Positions 1-11,900 of a DNA stretch of 64,000 nucleotides are shown here, one piece after another; the stretch's first letter is position 1, and each line of letters opens with the position of its first letter. The notes beneath the pieces were generated by a model. It was given only the letters and a program-made list of their open reading frames with translations, did not search any database and was not told where the DNA came from. The stretch comes from Macrostomum lignano. Lineage: Eukaryota. The DNA lies in contig NIVC01000365.1 in assembly GCA_002269645.1 (NCBI GenBank), forward strand, positions 434,001 to 498,000, given 5' to 3'. The translations under genes and the position numbers were made by a program.

Positions 1-2077
1 TGGCCTCTAGCTCGTTTCTAAGAAAACCCACTGTAAGCGTCCTGCTACGTCAGTCTTCCATGTCTTGCCAATTATTTAAAGACATGAAAAGTACAATACC
101 AACTCGAAGACTTGGAGAGACTGTTTCCTATATAAGCTTCATCGCGATTTCTAGCACAGGTGGCCCGAAGTTATGACCCACCTTCACTCTCCGTTCAAAG
201 CATGGAGGGTACAAGAACGGGAGCGGTCTGGCCAACAGGCCCGCCTCGTTGTCCATGGCTGCCGGCAGCACCGCGGATTAGCCGGTCGTCATAAAGAAAG
301 CCCGATTAATCTTGATCCGGGCCTGGGGACGCTAATGGAAAGGTCTGATATTCGTGTTCCCCCCTGAACTCCCAAGTCTAGCGGACGGCCTGCCTGCCCC
401 AAACCTCGGATCGGGCCTTTGCTCCTGTCCCCGGGCATTCCGCCCCCCCCCGTCACTCCTATCGATTTCTCTTCGAGCCATCAAGGATATAGAAAGGAAA
501 AATCGATCACTTACCATGGACCAACACTTGACCCCCTTAGCGCAGTTTGCAAGCAGAGAAGTCGCTCCGTTTGTCGGCAATAAGCAGCGGTTTTCACAGG
601 CGCAGGCCAGGCGGAGCGGCTTTCGGAAGTCACGAACTGCCGGCTCAAATATTCAAATATTCCCAGTCGGGCAGTAGGAGACGGCAGCGAGAGAGCACTG
701 CGGGCTGGGCGTCCGGGCTGCGGCCGGGCTATATGGGGGAGCGGGGGGGGGCCAAAATCGATGGGCCTCGGCTGGGCTGGCCGGATTCTGGGCAGGGGGG
801 GGGGAGATGAGGAACGGACGCCAATCAGATGGCGCCGGTTTAATCAGGGAGAAAGAGAGACAGAGTATGTGGTGCGAGAGAAGCTCGGTCTCGCTCCGCG
901 GCAGCAACTCGGTCAAATCTGGGCCAGCGGCAGCTCCCCAGATCCCTATTAATCTGCGGGATTGGAACTGAAAGCCCCCCCCACCCTGCCGCCCTGTTGC
1001 AGTGCGGAAGACGGCATGCCGGATCTTCGGTCCAATTTCTCAGATTACGCCAACGGGTGCCGAAGGGGGGGGGCGGGGCGATGCTTGGATGAGGATTTAC
1101 TTCCTAATCTTTGGGATGAAAGAGATTGCTGGTGAAGAAATGAAAGCCTTCTACAGCCAGCTTGAGCTCCTCCGGAACTGCAGGATGATTCAAATGGAAG
1201 CTGTAAACGATTCTCACCAGCCCGCGAATCAATAAAGTTCAAATGCTGTCGGGTTACATGTGTACAGGAACATGTAAAATGCTCAAAGTCTGCAGTTGAA
1301 ATACCTGAACTTTCTGGATGCCTTCGACTGGAGTCAAGTATGCTCAGACTCACAGCTAGCTCAGAGCTGCTGCCCTACCACAGCAGTTACGCTAGTGCTA
1401 ACCGCAGCCAACATTTGCTTAACTCTGCCAGTGCTGGCGGTGAATTCTCTTAACCAGTAGGCTAGCGACCCCTCACAAGCGAACCTGCAGAGAGTTGAAT
1501 TTTAACGATATCTACTTGTGCAGAAGCCCGTCGGTTGCATTGGGCCAAGGCTGATTAAATGTCTACAATATACTTCATTGCGCTGCTGCCGAATCGATCT
1601 GGGAATTCGCTGCCGCCGCTGCCGCCGCTGCCGCCACTACCCAGTCGACCCGAAACTCGGGCAAAACACTGAGAGAGGGGGAGAGAGAGCTGAGAGCGGT
1701 CCTGGGCTGGGGGGGGGGTTGAGATGGTCTGAGCAAGAAAGCGAGGGCTGACAGGCGCGGCTAAAATAAGATTTACGATCAACCGCCAAGACGCCTCCGA
1801 CTCGCCGACGGCTCCTTAGGAGAACTGCTCGATTACTTTGGGCTGAGTAAAGTGATGTTGCATAATAAACTCCATAAACTCTGCCATTCCCTACTGGCTG
1901 CATTCAACCTTTAGCATTGACTTATAGCATTGAGTGAGTGTAAACATTATTATTCGCGTTCACAACACTTTTAGAAACCAGTAAAATACATGCGTACGAG
2001 CCTGTGGGTGCAGCGACAGTCACGTGACATTTTGGGATTTATTGGTCTGTGGCAAGCTGTGAGACACCACCTATCCT

Positions 2078-2815
2078 AGAGTTGCCGGCACCCGATCACA
2101 GAGCTGGGTGAGGAACATTAGCCCCATTCTAGCTTGTACACCCGGAGTTGCCGGCACCCAATCACAGAGCTGGGTGAGGAATATTAGCCCCATTCTAGCT
2201 TGTACACCCGGAGTTGCCGGCACCCAATCACAGAGCTGGGTGAGGAACATTAGCCCCATTCTAGCTTGTACACCCGGAGTTGCCGGCACCCAATCACAGA
2301 GCTGGGTGAGGAACATTAGCCCCATTCTAGCTTGTACACCCGGAGTTGCCGGCACCCAATCACAGAGCTGGGTGAGGAACATTAGCCCCATTCTAGCTTG
2401 TACACCCGGAGTTGCCGGCACCCAATCACAGAGCTGGGTGAGGAACATTATCCCCATTCTAGCTTGTACACCCGGAGTTGCCGGCACCCAATCACAGAGC
2501 TGGGTGAGGAACATTAGCCCCATTCTAGCTTGTACACCCGGAGTTGCCGGCACCCAATCACAGAGCTGGGTGAGGAACATTAGCCCCATTCTAGCTTGTA
2601 CACCCGGAGTTGCCGGCACCCAATCACAGAGCTGGGTGAGGAACATTAGCCCCATTCTAGCTTGTACACCCGGAGTTGCCGGCACCCAATCACAGAGCTG
2701 GGTGAGTAATATTATCCCCATTCTAGCTTGTACACCCGGAGTTGCCGGCACCCAATCACAGAGCTGGGTGAGGAACATAGCCCCATTCTAGCTTGTACAT
2801 CCGGAGTTGCCGGCA
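2078..2815. repeat. 66-bp minisatellite, ~11 copies
   Basis: Unit GAGTTGCCGGCACCCAATCACAGAGCTGGGTGAGGAACATTAGCCCCATTCTAGCTTGTACACCCG is repeated nearly perfectly and gives 22-aa repeat pseudo-ORFs on both strands. Confidence 0.95.
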
Positions 2816-4165
2816 GGATCAAGTCACAGTGTCAGGAGCTTAAACTGCATTTCATATTTACACACATTTCATACAATTGTACCTGAATTTTGTGTTCACA
2901 TATAGTTATTTGCGATTCTTGAAGCGCTTACTAATGTAGAATTTGCTCTGTTGCATTGAAACCACTGCGCACACCCTTCAAAGGCTGAAAAGGTGCACTG
3001 CTTAAAAGCAGGGAGATGGTGGCTAATTACTGAGTGGTGGTGAGCCTCTCTGTCTCTTTCTTTCTTCAAGCCTTCCCGTCGCTTTAGGCTCCCTCAGAGG
3101 TTTGGTGAATAATTGCATTAGCGTCCTGCAGCAGCTCTCTACACTGCAGTCCGTGGCTATCCGGTCCCGCTATCTCTGTCTTCCCGCACCGCCCCGGCTC
3201 CCGAATTCTTCACAATTCAGCACTCCCTGTAGCCCACCCAGCGCTCGCTGGAGCGGAATGGGCCCAGGTCCACGCTGGGATTAGTAACAGGCGTCAGCCA
3301 GAAAGATCCTGGCGCGAACAAGATCCGAAGCTGCGCTATCCGCCGCCGTCATCTTCTTTTCTTTGCCGGTAATTCCCGGTATTTTTGGCGCTTTACAAGC
3401 CTAGAATTTATGAGGCCCGCCCGATCTTTACAGAAGCTGCCGTCTGAAGCCAAATGTTCAGGGCCTTCGGTCTGCTGCTGCTGCTGCTGCAAGAAATGAC
3501 AGACAGATTTCTTTTGGCAAAGTTCTGGACAATTTCCTTTTTTAAAGTGGTTTCTTTAAACCAGCTGCTGTCAGAGAACTGCTTAGCAAAGAAGTTAAGA
3601 AATGCACGGAATGATGAGGCGCCGGCTTCAGCCAGCAGCAGGCAGTCAAAACGCCAAGTACGCCGTGTGCAGCGGCGGCATTCACCGGCTGTGGGCAGTA
3701 GGACTCGGCGCCGACAGCGCAACAGGTCGTGTTTGGACGGCCCGGTTCGGTCTTGAAGGCCGAAGGCCGACAAGATGCCAGGCGCTCCGTGGCGTTAGCA
3801 ATGCAGTCGCTGGCGTGACCTCAACGGAGGGGATTCCAACTACAAATCTGACGAATTCTAAATTAAAAAATCAGGCAGTCCAACCGGTCGGAGAAAACAG
3901 TGTCGATTTACTGTAGTACAGGCCCCAAACAGTGTAGCTTGCATTCCTTATAGTTCGCAATCAATAACTCAAGAGCTCCAGAACTCCAGTAAAAAGTCTG
4001 TCTCCTTACTCAAGTGTCGCTGAAATTATAATGACGCAAACTTTTAACTGCACAACTTTTATATTGTATTTTGCATAAGCTGCCAAATTGAGTTTGTGAA
4101 CCAAGAATTGAAAACGTAAACAACATAACTTTGTGCGGCGTGCTGCAAACCCCCCCCCCATTCCT

Positions 4166-4969
4166 CTATGACCGCATTCTCGGCATTGTCTCAAACGGAT
4201 GGCCAATCGAGGCCTTCTGCAACTCTGCGATGAGATCGTGCAGCACGGGAGGCTGGCCGCAGTACCACAAAGAGTAGACCAGCTGCCCGTTGATCCACAC
4301 CTCTAGCACGTCCTTGATGGGCACCATCACCATGTTGAATTTGATCCGACCGATCAGCTGGCTCGTGGCCTGATTCACCAACCGCTTGAAGATGCTGGTG
4401 TGCTCCTGATCACTGTAGATGAAGCAGCATTGCACCTTGCTGAGCTCGCGCTCTTCCACTCTCTTGTCGGCGATCGTCCTCTCGATGATGCCCAACAGAG
4501 CGTCCGCCTGCGGAAAGACGCCCTCGATGATTCGGCTGAATACGAGCCGCTCGGACTTGCTGGAGGACGTGATGCCGATGTAGACGTCAAACCCGGCATT
4601 GGTCGGGCCCTCCTTTCGCCGAACGTCCACCAGCTTGCCGAACCTCTGCCGGATGATGAACTCCAACTTGTTGTAGTGTTGCACGTGGCTCTTGTAGAGA
4701 TCCTGCAGACAGAAGGTCACAAGCACCAGGCTGGTCTTGTCCGAACCGCCGCTGTACTTTTCATTGAGGGACTCGCCATGGATTAAGGTCGAGTTAGTTG
4801 AAGTCAGCGAATCCGTCGACGTTTGTGAGTAGGATTTCTCTTCACTGGAAAACGGACACAGCGAGTCTACTGATTTCCGAGCATTGTCATCTCTGTCACT
4901 GAACTGCGGAGCTTGTGATATCCGGGTTTTTCTTTTGCCACGTCTAAGCGGCGGATTCGGATTCTCCAT
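4166..4969 (-). CDS. 267-aa intronless protein with two tandem Rdx-family (SelW/SelT/MIEN1-like thioredoxin-like) domains, both lacking CxxC/CxxU
   Basis: ATG-to-stop ORF whose C-terminal two-thirds has C/G-ending codons like the other genes here. Residues 81-167 (LVLVTFC...AGFDVYI...LVFSRIIEGVFPQADALLGIIER) and 178-256 (VQCCFIYS...LEVWINGQLVYSLWYCGQPPVLHDLIAELQKASIG) each resemble the recalled MIEN1 pattern [33 protein letters not shown]. Confidence 0.7.
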   Translation of the reverse strand: MENPNPPLRRGKRKTRISQAPQFSDRDDNARKSVDSLCPFSSEEKSYSQTSTDSLTSTNSTLIHGESLNEKYSGGSDKTSLVLVTFCLQDLYKSHVQHYNKLEFIIRQRFGKLVDVRRKEGPTNAGFDVYIGITSSSKSERLVFSRIIEGVFPQADALLGIIERTIADKRVEERELSKVQCCFIYSDQEHTSIFKRLVNQATSQLIGRIKFNMVMVPIKDVLEVWINGQLVYSLWYCGQPPVLHDLIAELQKASIGHPFETMPRMRS

Positions 4970-5367
4970 GCTAGTCTGGCAAGTGCCACTCGCATTGCTA
5001 CTTAGTGGTAGAATTACTCACTTTGTTAATTCGCGGCGCTTGCCAGTAATAAGCTAATCACTGGGTCTCGAGACAGAGAGCAAACGAAGAAGGCTTGTCT
5101 TCAAAGCGTGTTCTATGGCCCAGCCTTATACGGGCGTCATACTAGCCCCATATCATTCACTAACGCGATGATCGACCGCGATACGACGCTATGAGCAGCG
5201 CTCGATGTCGCCACGGCAGTCACCACGGCATGTGGGACTACGAAAATGACATTTTTTTTCAGAAAATTAGCTGCACGTAACGAATCTGAGTCGTTTCGCC
5301 GAAAAAATCTTCGCAGAAAGTCGTTTTCTCAATAAGTACGAAAGTACGAAAGGTTTTGCTCTAGATA

Positions 5368-5991
5368 CACTCAGCAACATTTAAAACGCAACACTCTAAC
5401 TAGAAGAAAAATCAACTCACTCAGAAGAGTCAAAGCGCATAGTCTATGGTTCAAATAGAGCTTCAGAAACGCGTGTAGCTTCCTCTCGCAAGTAACAGGG
5501 CGATGACTATGGACTGTTTTCAGATAGAGTGATCCAGCTGAGAGAATGGTTCAACAGATGATAGACGCGGAAAGATGGCGAGCAGTCGGAATGTTGGAAG
5601 CAGGTTGTACTCTTCGAACAACAGCTGTTGTACTGCGAAGTTGGTGAAGCACCGTACCTTTTCTCGCGTGAGCCACGCTTCCAGTGGCTCTGCTCTTCTG
5701 TAGCAGACGTAAAACTGTTGAAGGCGACCTCCTGAAGTGGTTCGCAACTGTTCGAAGAGTACAACCATTCCGACTGCTCGCCATCTTTCCGCGTCTGTCA
5801 TCTGTTGAACCATTCTCTCAGCTGGATCACTCTATCTGAAAACAGTCCATAGTCATCGCCCTGTTACTTGCGAGAGGAAGCTACACGCGTTTCTGAAGCT
5901 CGATTTGAACCATAGACTATGCGCTTTGACTCTTCTGAGTGAGTTGATTTTTCTTCTAGTTAGAGTGTTGCGTTTTAAATGTTGCTGAGTG
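5368..5991. mobile_element. Non-autonomous foldback Tc1/mariner derivative (624 bp, ~250-bp inverted arms, TA flanks)
   Basis: 5368-5620 is the reverse complement of 5749-5991 apart from a 10-bp indel and a few substitutions. TA lies at 5366-67 and 5992-93. The arms plus spacer encode a Tc1-type transposase N-terminal HTH (M.DAERWRAVGMLEAGCTLRTVANHFRRSPSTVLRLLQKSRATGSVAHARKG). Confidence 0.85.
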
Positions 5992-6465
5992 TAAATTAGC
6001 GTTTTCTCTTGTCTTTGACAAACAAGGGGCAACAACTTTATATTGCTGCGTATCTAATGATATGCCGTCGCTCTTGTTTTTTGGAGCAGTGGAGCGAAAG
6101 ATGTGTTTGATTTTTTTCAACAGCCAATATTTTTAGACGTCGACAATGATGGCAGGTCAATTAGCATGCGCTATACTCGTATTCCCGTACAACAATCCGA
6201 CGTCGGCCGACGTCGCACCGACCTCTGGTCCGACGTCGTACGACGTCTATGTAATATTACGTGTTTCCTATTGGTCGGACGTCGGGCCGACGTCGAAGTC
6301 GTAGTCGAAAAATAAAATTCGCGCTGCTTCAACATTTATTTTCGCGGGATGAATTGGCAAGCAATATTATCATGCATTAATATTTCATTATTAAGGCGAA
6401 TTTAGGGCGATGTTTTCTTGAAGTCGGAAAATTCAGATTTTCGAACAGTAATTACATGTAATAGT

Positions 6466-6779
6466 AATAATAATATCTAATTACAATTTGCCCCATTGGG
6501 CCAGAGATGTGCAACTGACAGCTCAGTCGCAGCTATTGCTCGGCGCATCATCAGAAGGCTGCGTAGTATAGTACATATATAGCGGCTGCATGTTCAGTGC
6601 AAGGACTGGGGTCGCCACACACCCTCAATACCCCAGCTAATGCTGATACCAGTTTTACATCTGGGTAAACTGAAGCAATGCAGGGTTAAGTGTCTTGCTC
6701 AAGGACACAAATTGTTCCAGTGGGATGGGGAATCGACCCCCCCCCCACCTTCAAGTCGTGGAGTCCGACACTCTAACCT
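6466..6779 (-). mobile_element. tRNA-derived SINE, MetaSINE-like core
   Basis: The minus strand has a tRNA-like head (GGTTAGAGTGTCGGACTCC...GGTCGATTCCC) followed by TGTGTCCTTGAGCAAGACACTTAACCCTGCATTGCTTCAGTTTACCCAGATGTAAAA, which resembles the conserved central domain of widespread metazoan SINEs, then a (TTA)-type tail. Confidence 0.6.
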
Positions 6780-8451
6780 AAACCCATATATTCGATTAAA
6801 ATTATAGCCTATACGTTGTAAGCCAAAAAATCAAAATTATAGAAACAGTAAAAATATTTACCAACATAGACAAGTTTCAAGCATCAATTGATTTCTTAAG
6901 CTCAAAAGCATGAATTCGTTTATTATTCATATAAAAATTAAACAAAGTTTCGGCAGAATCAGATGAGCACTCTAGACTCTAGCTAGTGTTACAAGTATTG
7001 TGTATACAGGTTCAAACTTTTGTTTTTACCAAAAGAGCAAGCGGTCAATATCACGAAGAAAAAAATAAACTAGACATTTTGAACCTATATTTTTGTGCTA
7101 TTAATAAATATTGACCGCTATCTCTAATTCTCTAATTCTATAATTACTATATAGAATTATAGATATAATTCTATAATTCTCTAATTACTAAATTTCTAAT
7201 TCTTCTATATACTAAAAATGAACCTCGTTATAGTTGACTGTGACGTTGTCAGTTTAAGGTGGTCCCGAAAAGGGCCGTTGGACTGCTGTTCTCCATAGTC
7301 ATTCAACCCTTCAGTTTCACCGTTTCAACTAAACTTTTCCATTCGTTTATTGCGACGTTTACTTGTAGTAGTGCCCAACGATTTTGTGGCAATTTATAAT
7401 TCATTGTATATTTTGCTATCCTCTCTCGCAACCGTATAAAATTGGCACGATCGATAATTTTAAGTTCTCTCGCCAGCCAATGAAATCACTCGTGCTTCGC
7501 GCTACCCCCCCTCTGCGCTCCTTTATTAAACCCCCCGCCTGGCGGCGGGCACTCCGCTCTCCTCCTCTCCTCTCTCTCCGCTTGTTCCTTGTTTCCTTCC
7601 CTGCGGCCTCTTAGCTGCCTTATCTGTTTGTCTGGCTGCCTCGAGCCTCCTTATTTCTCACCACGGCCCTTCTGTCTGGGCCAGCCTGCTCACACACTTA
7701 CCTGACTGTTTCACGCCACGACCGACGCCAACTCGCCACTACGTTTCACTGCCTTCACTGTGCTCATAGCCACTGCTCACGTCACGTCGCCATTGTGTCA
7801 TTCGCCTGCCACTTGACTTCATATCCAAATTATATTCAACCCATTGTTGCAGCCGCCAGTGCCCAGAAAGCTATAGTCTGTTTATTGCCAGTAACAACCA
7901 AACTTAATACTGATATTAACAATAAAGACAACTACGGCAGTTCCTGCCTTTATCGCCAAGTGCTCCGCTACAAAATCCGCTTTACAAGAATTGACTTCAA
8001 CTTATTTTGGGACTAAAACGGCCCTTTTAAGGGTCACCGCATAGCTGGCCGCTACGCCAATAACGTGACATGACCGACTTTCATTAAATTCATACTTTTA
8101 ACGATTTTCGCAAATTCAGGCAACGGGGATGATGCAATAAAAATAATAACTTCTCATTTAATGTAACTGTTTTTTCGCTAACTCTTTTGAATTTTAAAGT
8201 TTATTAGAGAAAAAATGAATTATTGATGAAGGTGCTTTTCCTGAATATTCACAAAAACGTAAAATTTAACAAAATTTGCTTAGAAAATAATAAAGCCGTA
8301 ATGTATTTTTTATTAAAACCTAATTTATGAAAATAAAATAAGTTTTGAAAATTTGCTTGCACCATTTTTTTAATTAAGTCTTTGAAGCAACCATGTGATT
8401 TTTCATCATGTTGTGGTAGGCCGGTCTACCACTGGGAGGACGACAGCAATC

Positions 8452-8904
8452 TGTGACGGCTGACGAGACAGTTTTCCACCGGCTGACGATTGACGTCACT
8501 TTTGCTCCTCTGATTGTTCCCTCGCCTGTTCCCCCTGATGTTCCCTCGCCTGTTCCTCCGGTTGCTCCGTTCGGTGCCCCAACCTTTTGTTTGTTTGTTT
8601 TAGTGTTTCCAGCTGCCGTTTTTTCCCTTTTCCCTCGGGTGACCCATGCAGTACTTGCTGTTCCAATTGGTGCCCCACCCTCTGGGAATTATCTGTGCAT
8701 GTTATATATATATATCCTGTGTGTTTAATCAGTTACTCTCATGCTTCTTTTTCTCCCCTGTTCCTTTGTTTTTCCGTTTTGTTTGCGCTCCGTTCATTTT
8801 TAGCGTTGTAGCTCTCGGTTTAATAACTTGATCCGTGCTTGATATTTAATTTATTTGCCTACTGACTCGCCCCTCGTCTCCGCCGAATCGTCCCATCGCT
8901 GACA
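8452..8904. mobile_element. Possible solo LTR
   Basis: 453 bp bounded by TGT...ACA, with an internal (TA)n TATA-like tract and short internal direct repeats. No target-site duplication was found. Confidence 0.3.
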
Positions 8905-11900
8905 TCAGCCTGCAATAACAATTATTTATAAATAGACTTTTGTTTAACTTAGTGTTTTATCCAGCTATAATAATAATAATAACGAAACCAACTTATTTAT
9001 TCATTGTTTATTGATCGAAGCCTATAGTTTCTATTGAGTCAAAAGTAAGTGTTTCTATTGTGTGAGTAAAACAATCTATTGTCTCATCTCAAAGAAAGGT
9101 CTGAGACCCTCAACGTTCCGTAATACGAAATTACGGTGGTGGCAGCGCTACTCAACTACTGATAGTAACCAGTTACGCAAATCGACGAACATTGGAATTT
9201 ACGGTGTCAAGACCTCTGTGTCTACAATCTGAACGACCGTGCCTGCTAAAGACCGCTCGACTGCGATTACGACTACCCTCCCCCCGGAATTGAGGACCCG
9301 GCAGACGGAGCATCAAAGGAGAAAAGCGACCCGATTCAGTTTGTGAAATTTTCCGGCTTTACGGTCGCCGAGATAACGCAGGCGGCGATTCAAAGTTAGA
9401 ATCCGCCCCGCCCCAGACTAACTTTCCTAAATCGCATTTTAGAAGAATCGTTTTGCATTAAGGTCATAGATAAGAGACATCGATTGTTTATTTTTCCCTG
9501 CTTAGTAGAATCTTGTCGTTCTGTCGTTAGTCGTTAGCCGGCTGAAAAAAAGAAAAAAAACCGTAAAAAATTCTAGACGCTCTTTCAAATATCTTACTTA
9601 TACAAATATCGTAACTCGTTTTCAGCAATCGTGTAAAAATATTTTACCTTGTGAACAAATACTAAATACATCGTATAATATTGGCAAAACAGGCTCCTTG
9701 CCTGAGCCAAATTTACTACTAAAAAAAATTAAGTTTTTGGTGTCAGCAGCAGCATCCTACGACTTACAAATCAATCAATTTATTTATTTTCTCACCCCCA
9801 CCTCAATGTGATGTGACCATTTGATTTTTGCTTTGCTTTCATCACTTGCATTTTTTTCATTAGGGCTTAGCGGTAGGCCTAGCATCAGCTCTTTTGCCGT
9901 ATTGCAAAGTAGAAAATGTCGATTGTCTATTTTCTAATCCATTAGAGAAATAATTAATAAATAACCTTCTTTGGAATTTGGATAAGCTAGCTTTTTATTA
10001 CAATTGTGAGTTGGCCATTCCTTTATCTTGCCTATGCATTATCTTGTCTAATAATACTAACTAATACTAACCTAAATAACTCTAACTGCTAGGCCTACCT
10101 TATGTTATATCATTAGTTATTTGTCAATCATTTACTATTTAGTATTTAGGCCTGTTGCTATTTTATTTTATGCTATTATATTGACTTTCATTGGCATTAG
10201 AGCAATGGATAATTTTATTTAAATTAAACTAATATATAGGGGCCTAGGGCAGGGCCCTACATGTTTTTCTGCAGTGTGTTCTAACATTCATACCAATTTT
10301 AAAATCTAGCTCAGGAAAGTTTTTTCATGGAAATAAGTTTTATTGAGTAGGCCATAGTCCAGATCATGGCAGGCATACCAGAATAAAAATTCATGTTTTT
10401 TTTCAATTTTATGCTAACATAAAATTGAAAAAAAATTTATGCTGAGCCCAGAGTTGCTTACTTTTCCTTGGCAATTTTTTGCTAAAACTAATATTCTTTG
10501 TTTTAATTTAGTTTTTCTCATAAATTTCAATAATATTTTTTATTTTAATTTCTAATTATTTTTAAAAGAGCTTTTATTGGTTGATATTTGGGTATTAGTC
10601 GTTTTGGTGACAAGTTGCTATTGTGATAGACACACTTCATTTTCAATGAAAAATCAAAGATTTCATGAGTATTGTCATTTTAGTGATTTAGTGAGGTGTT
10701 TCATAATATTTGATTGTAGTTAGGCCTATTTTGTTAAGATTTATGTTTCGTAATATATTTAAAATTTTTCATCAAAAGAATATATTTAAGAAAAGAAATC
10801 AAACTAATTATATTGTTTTCTTCCTGTGCAGATTGTTTTGAATTGTCCCAGAGTATTCAGATACATAAACCATAAACCTATAAAGAATCCTCATGAAATG
10901 CAGACCACGAGAAAGGTAGAAATATTCATTCGTTGATGCTTTTGCATGTTTAAATTGGAAAACATAATTTAAAAGACCGCAACTCTATAATTGTAAATAA
11001 ACAAAATTAAATATAGAAATACTTAACTGTTTAAAAAATTATAAAATTTTAGGCTCAATATCCCTTAAGATTTTCTAAGTAATTTTCTGTTTAAAAACAG
11101 AATGGCTATAACTAAAATTGTATTTTTCTTGTCACTGAAAAGACTGTCACCGAAACAACTGTAATACTTGATATTTAATTACACAATTAAATTAGCCCTG
11201 ATACAGATTTTTTGTATGCCAACGGTGTATACTTCATGTTGAACCTAAAAATTCTATATGCCAAGTGTATGCCAAGATTGTCAATGAGAGCAAAAATATG
11301 CCAGATTTTTCTGGCATAAAGGCCACCTTCCAGACTATTGCCTAGTGTCTAGCCTCTCAGGCTAACTATTTTTATAAGTAAAGCAACATTTTACATTTTA
11401 TGTTCAATGTTTTAAAAGTTTTTTTAAGTTTGCTTTTTGTGCCTAAATTATAAATTGGAATTAGTCAAATAGATTCTAAAATCTAAAACTAGGCCTTAGG
11501 CTTAGCCTATCTAAAATTAAATAGGCCTACTTTATAGCACTTTTACTCAAAATAAAGAAATTATTTTTCTAATTTTATATTAAGCTGAGTATGCTTTATA
11601 TTTTAAAAAGCTTTATTTTATTGAAATAAATTCAAATGTATAAAATATTATTTTATTTTATTATAATATTGAGGTGAAAAGCCTTTTTTTGATGGAATGG
11701 CAGCAAAGATTTTTGTGCTCCTTTGCGCATATATTTATATTTACACAAACTGCGCAAGATTCATGAGGGGCCTAGGGAGGTGCAAACAGGTGGCATGGCT
11801 AACCCCCCTGGCTTAGCAAGCCAGCTAGCCTAGTGCGCAACCACCCTACCTCAGCTAGACAGAGGTTGGGAATTTCTAGTGCAGCTGCACTGGTGCTGCT

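Noticed and set aside
2071-2791. 22-aa repeat ORFs on both strands, and a CRISPR-like appearance
   Set aside because: A head-to-tail 66-bp minisatellite with no unique spacers and no cas genes; the ORFs end at the array edges.
1-3900. Short GC-rich ORFs and G-runs suggesting a retroelement or gene
   Set aside because: No RT, integrase, gag or other recognisable motif in any frame I translated, so the region is left unannotated.
4166-4969. Selenoprotein (Sec-recoding) interpretation of the Rdx ORF
   Set aside because: There is no in-frame TGA at either motif position, so no selenocysteine is encoded.
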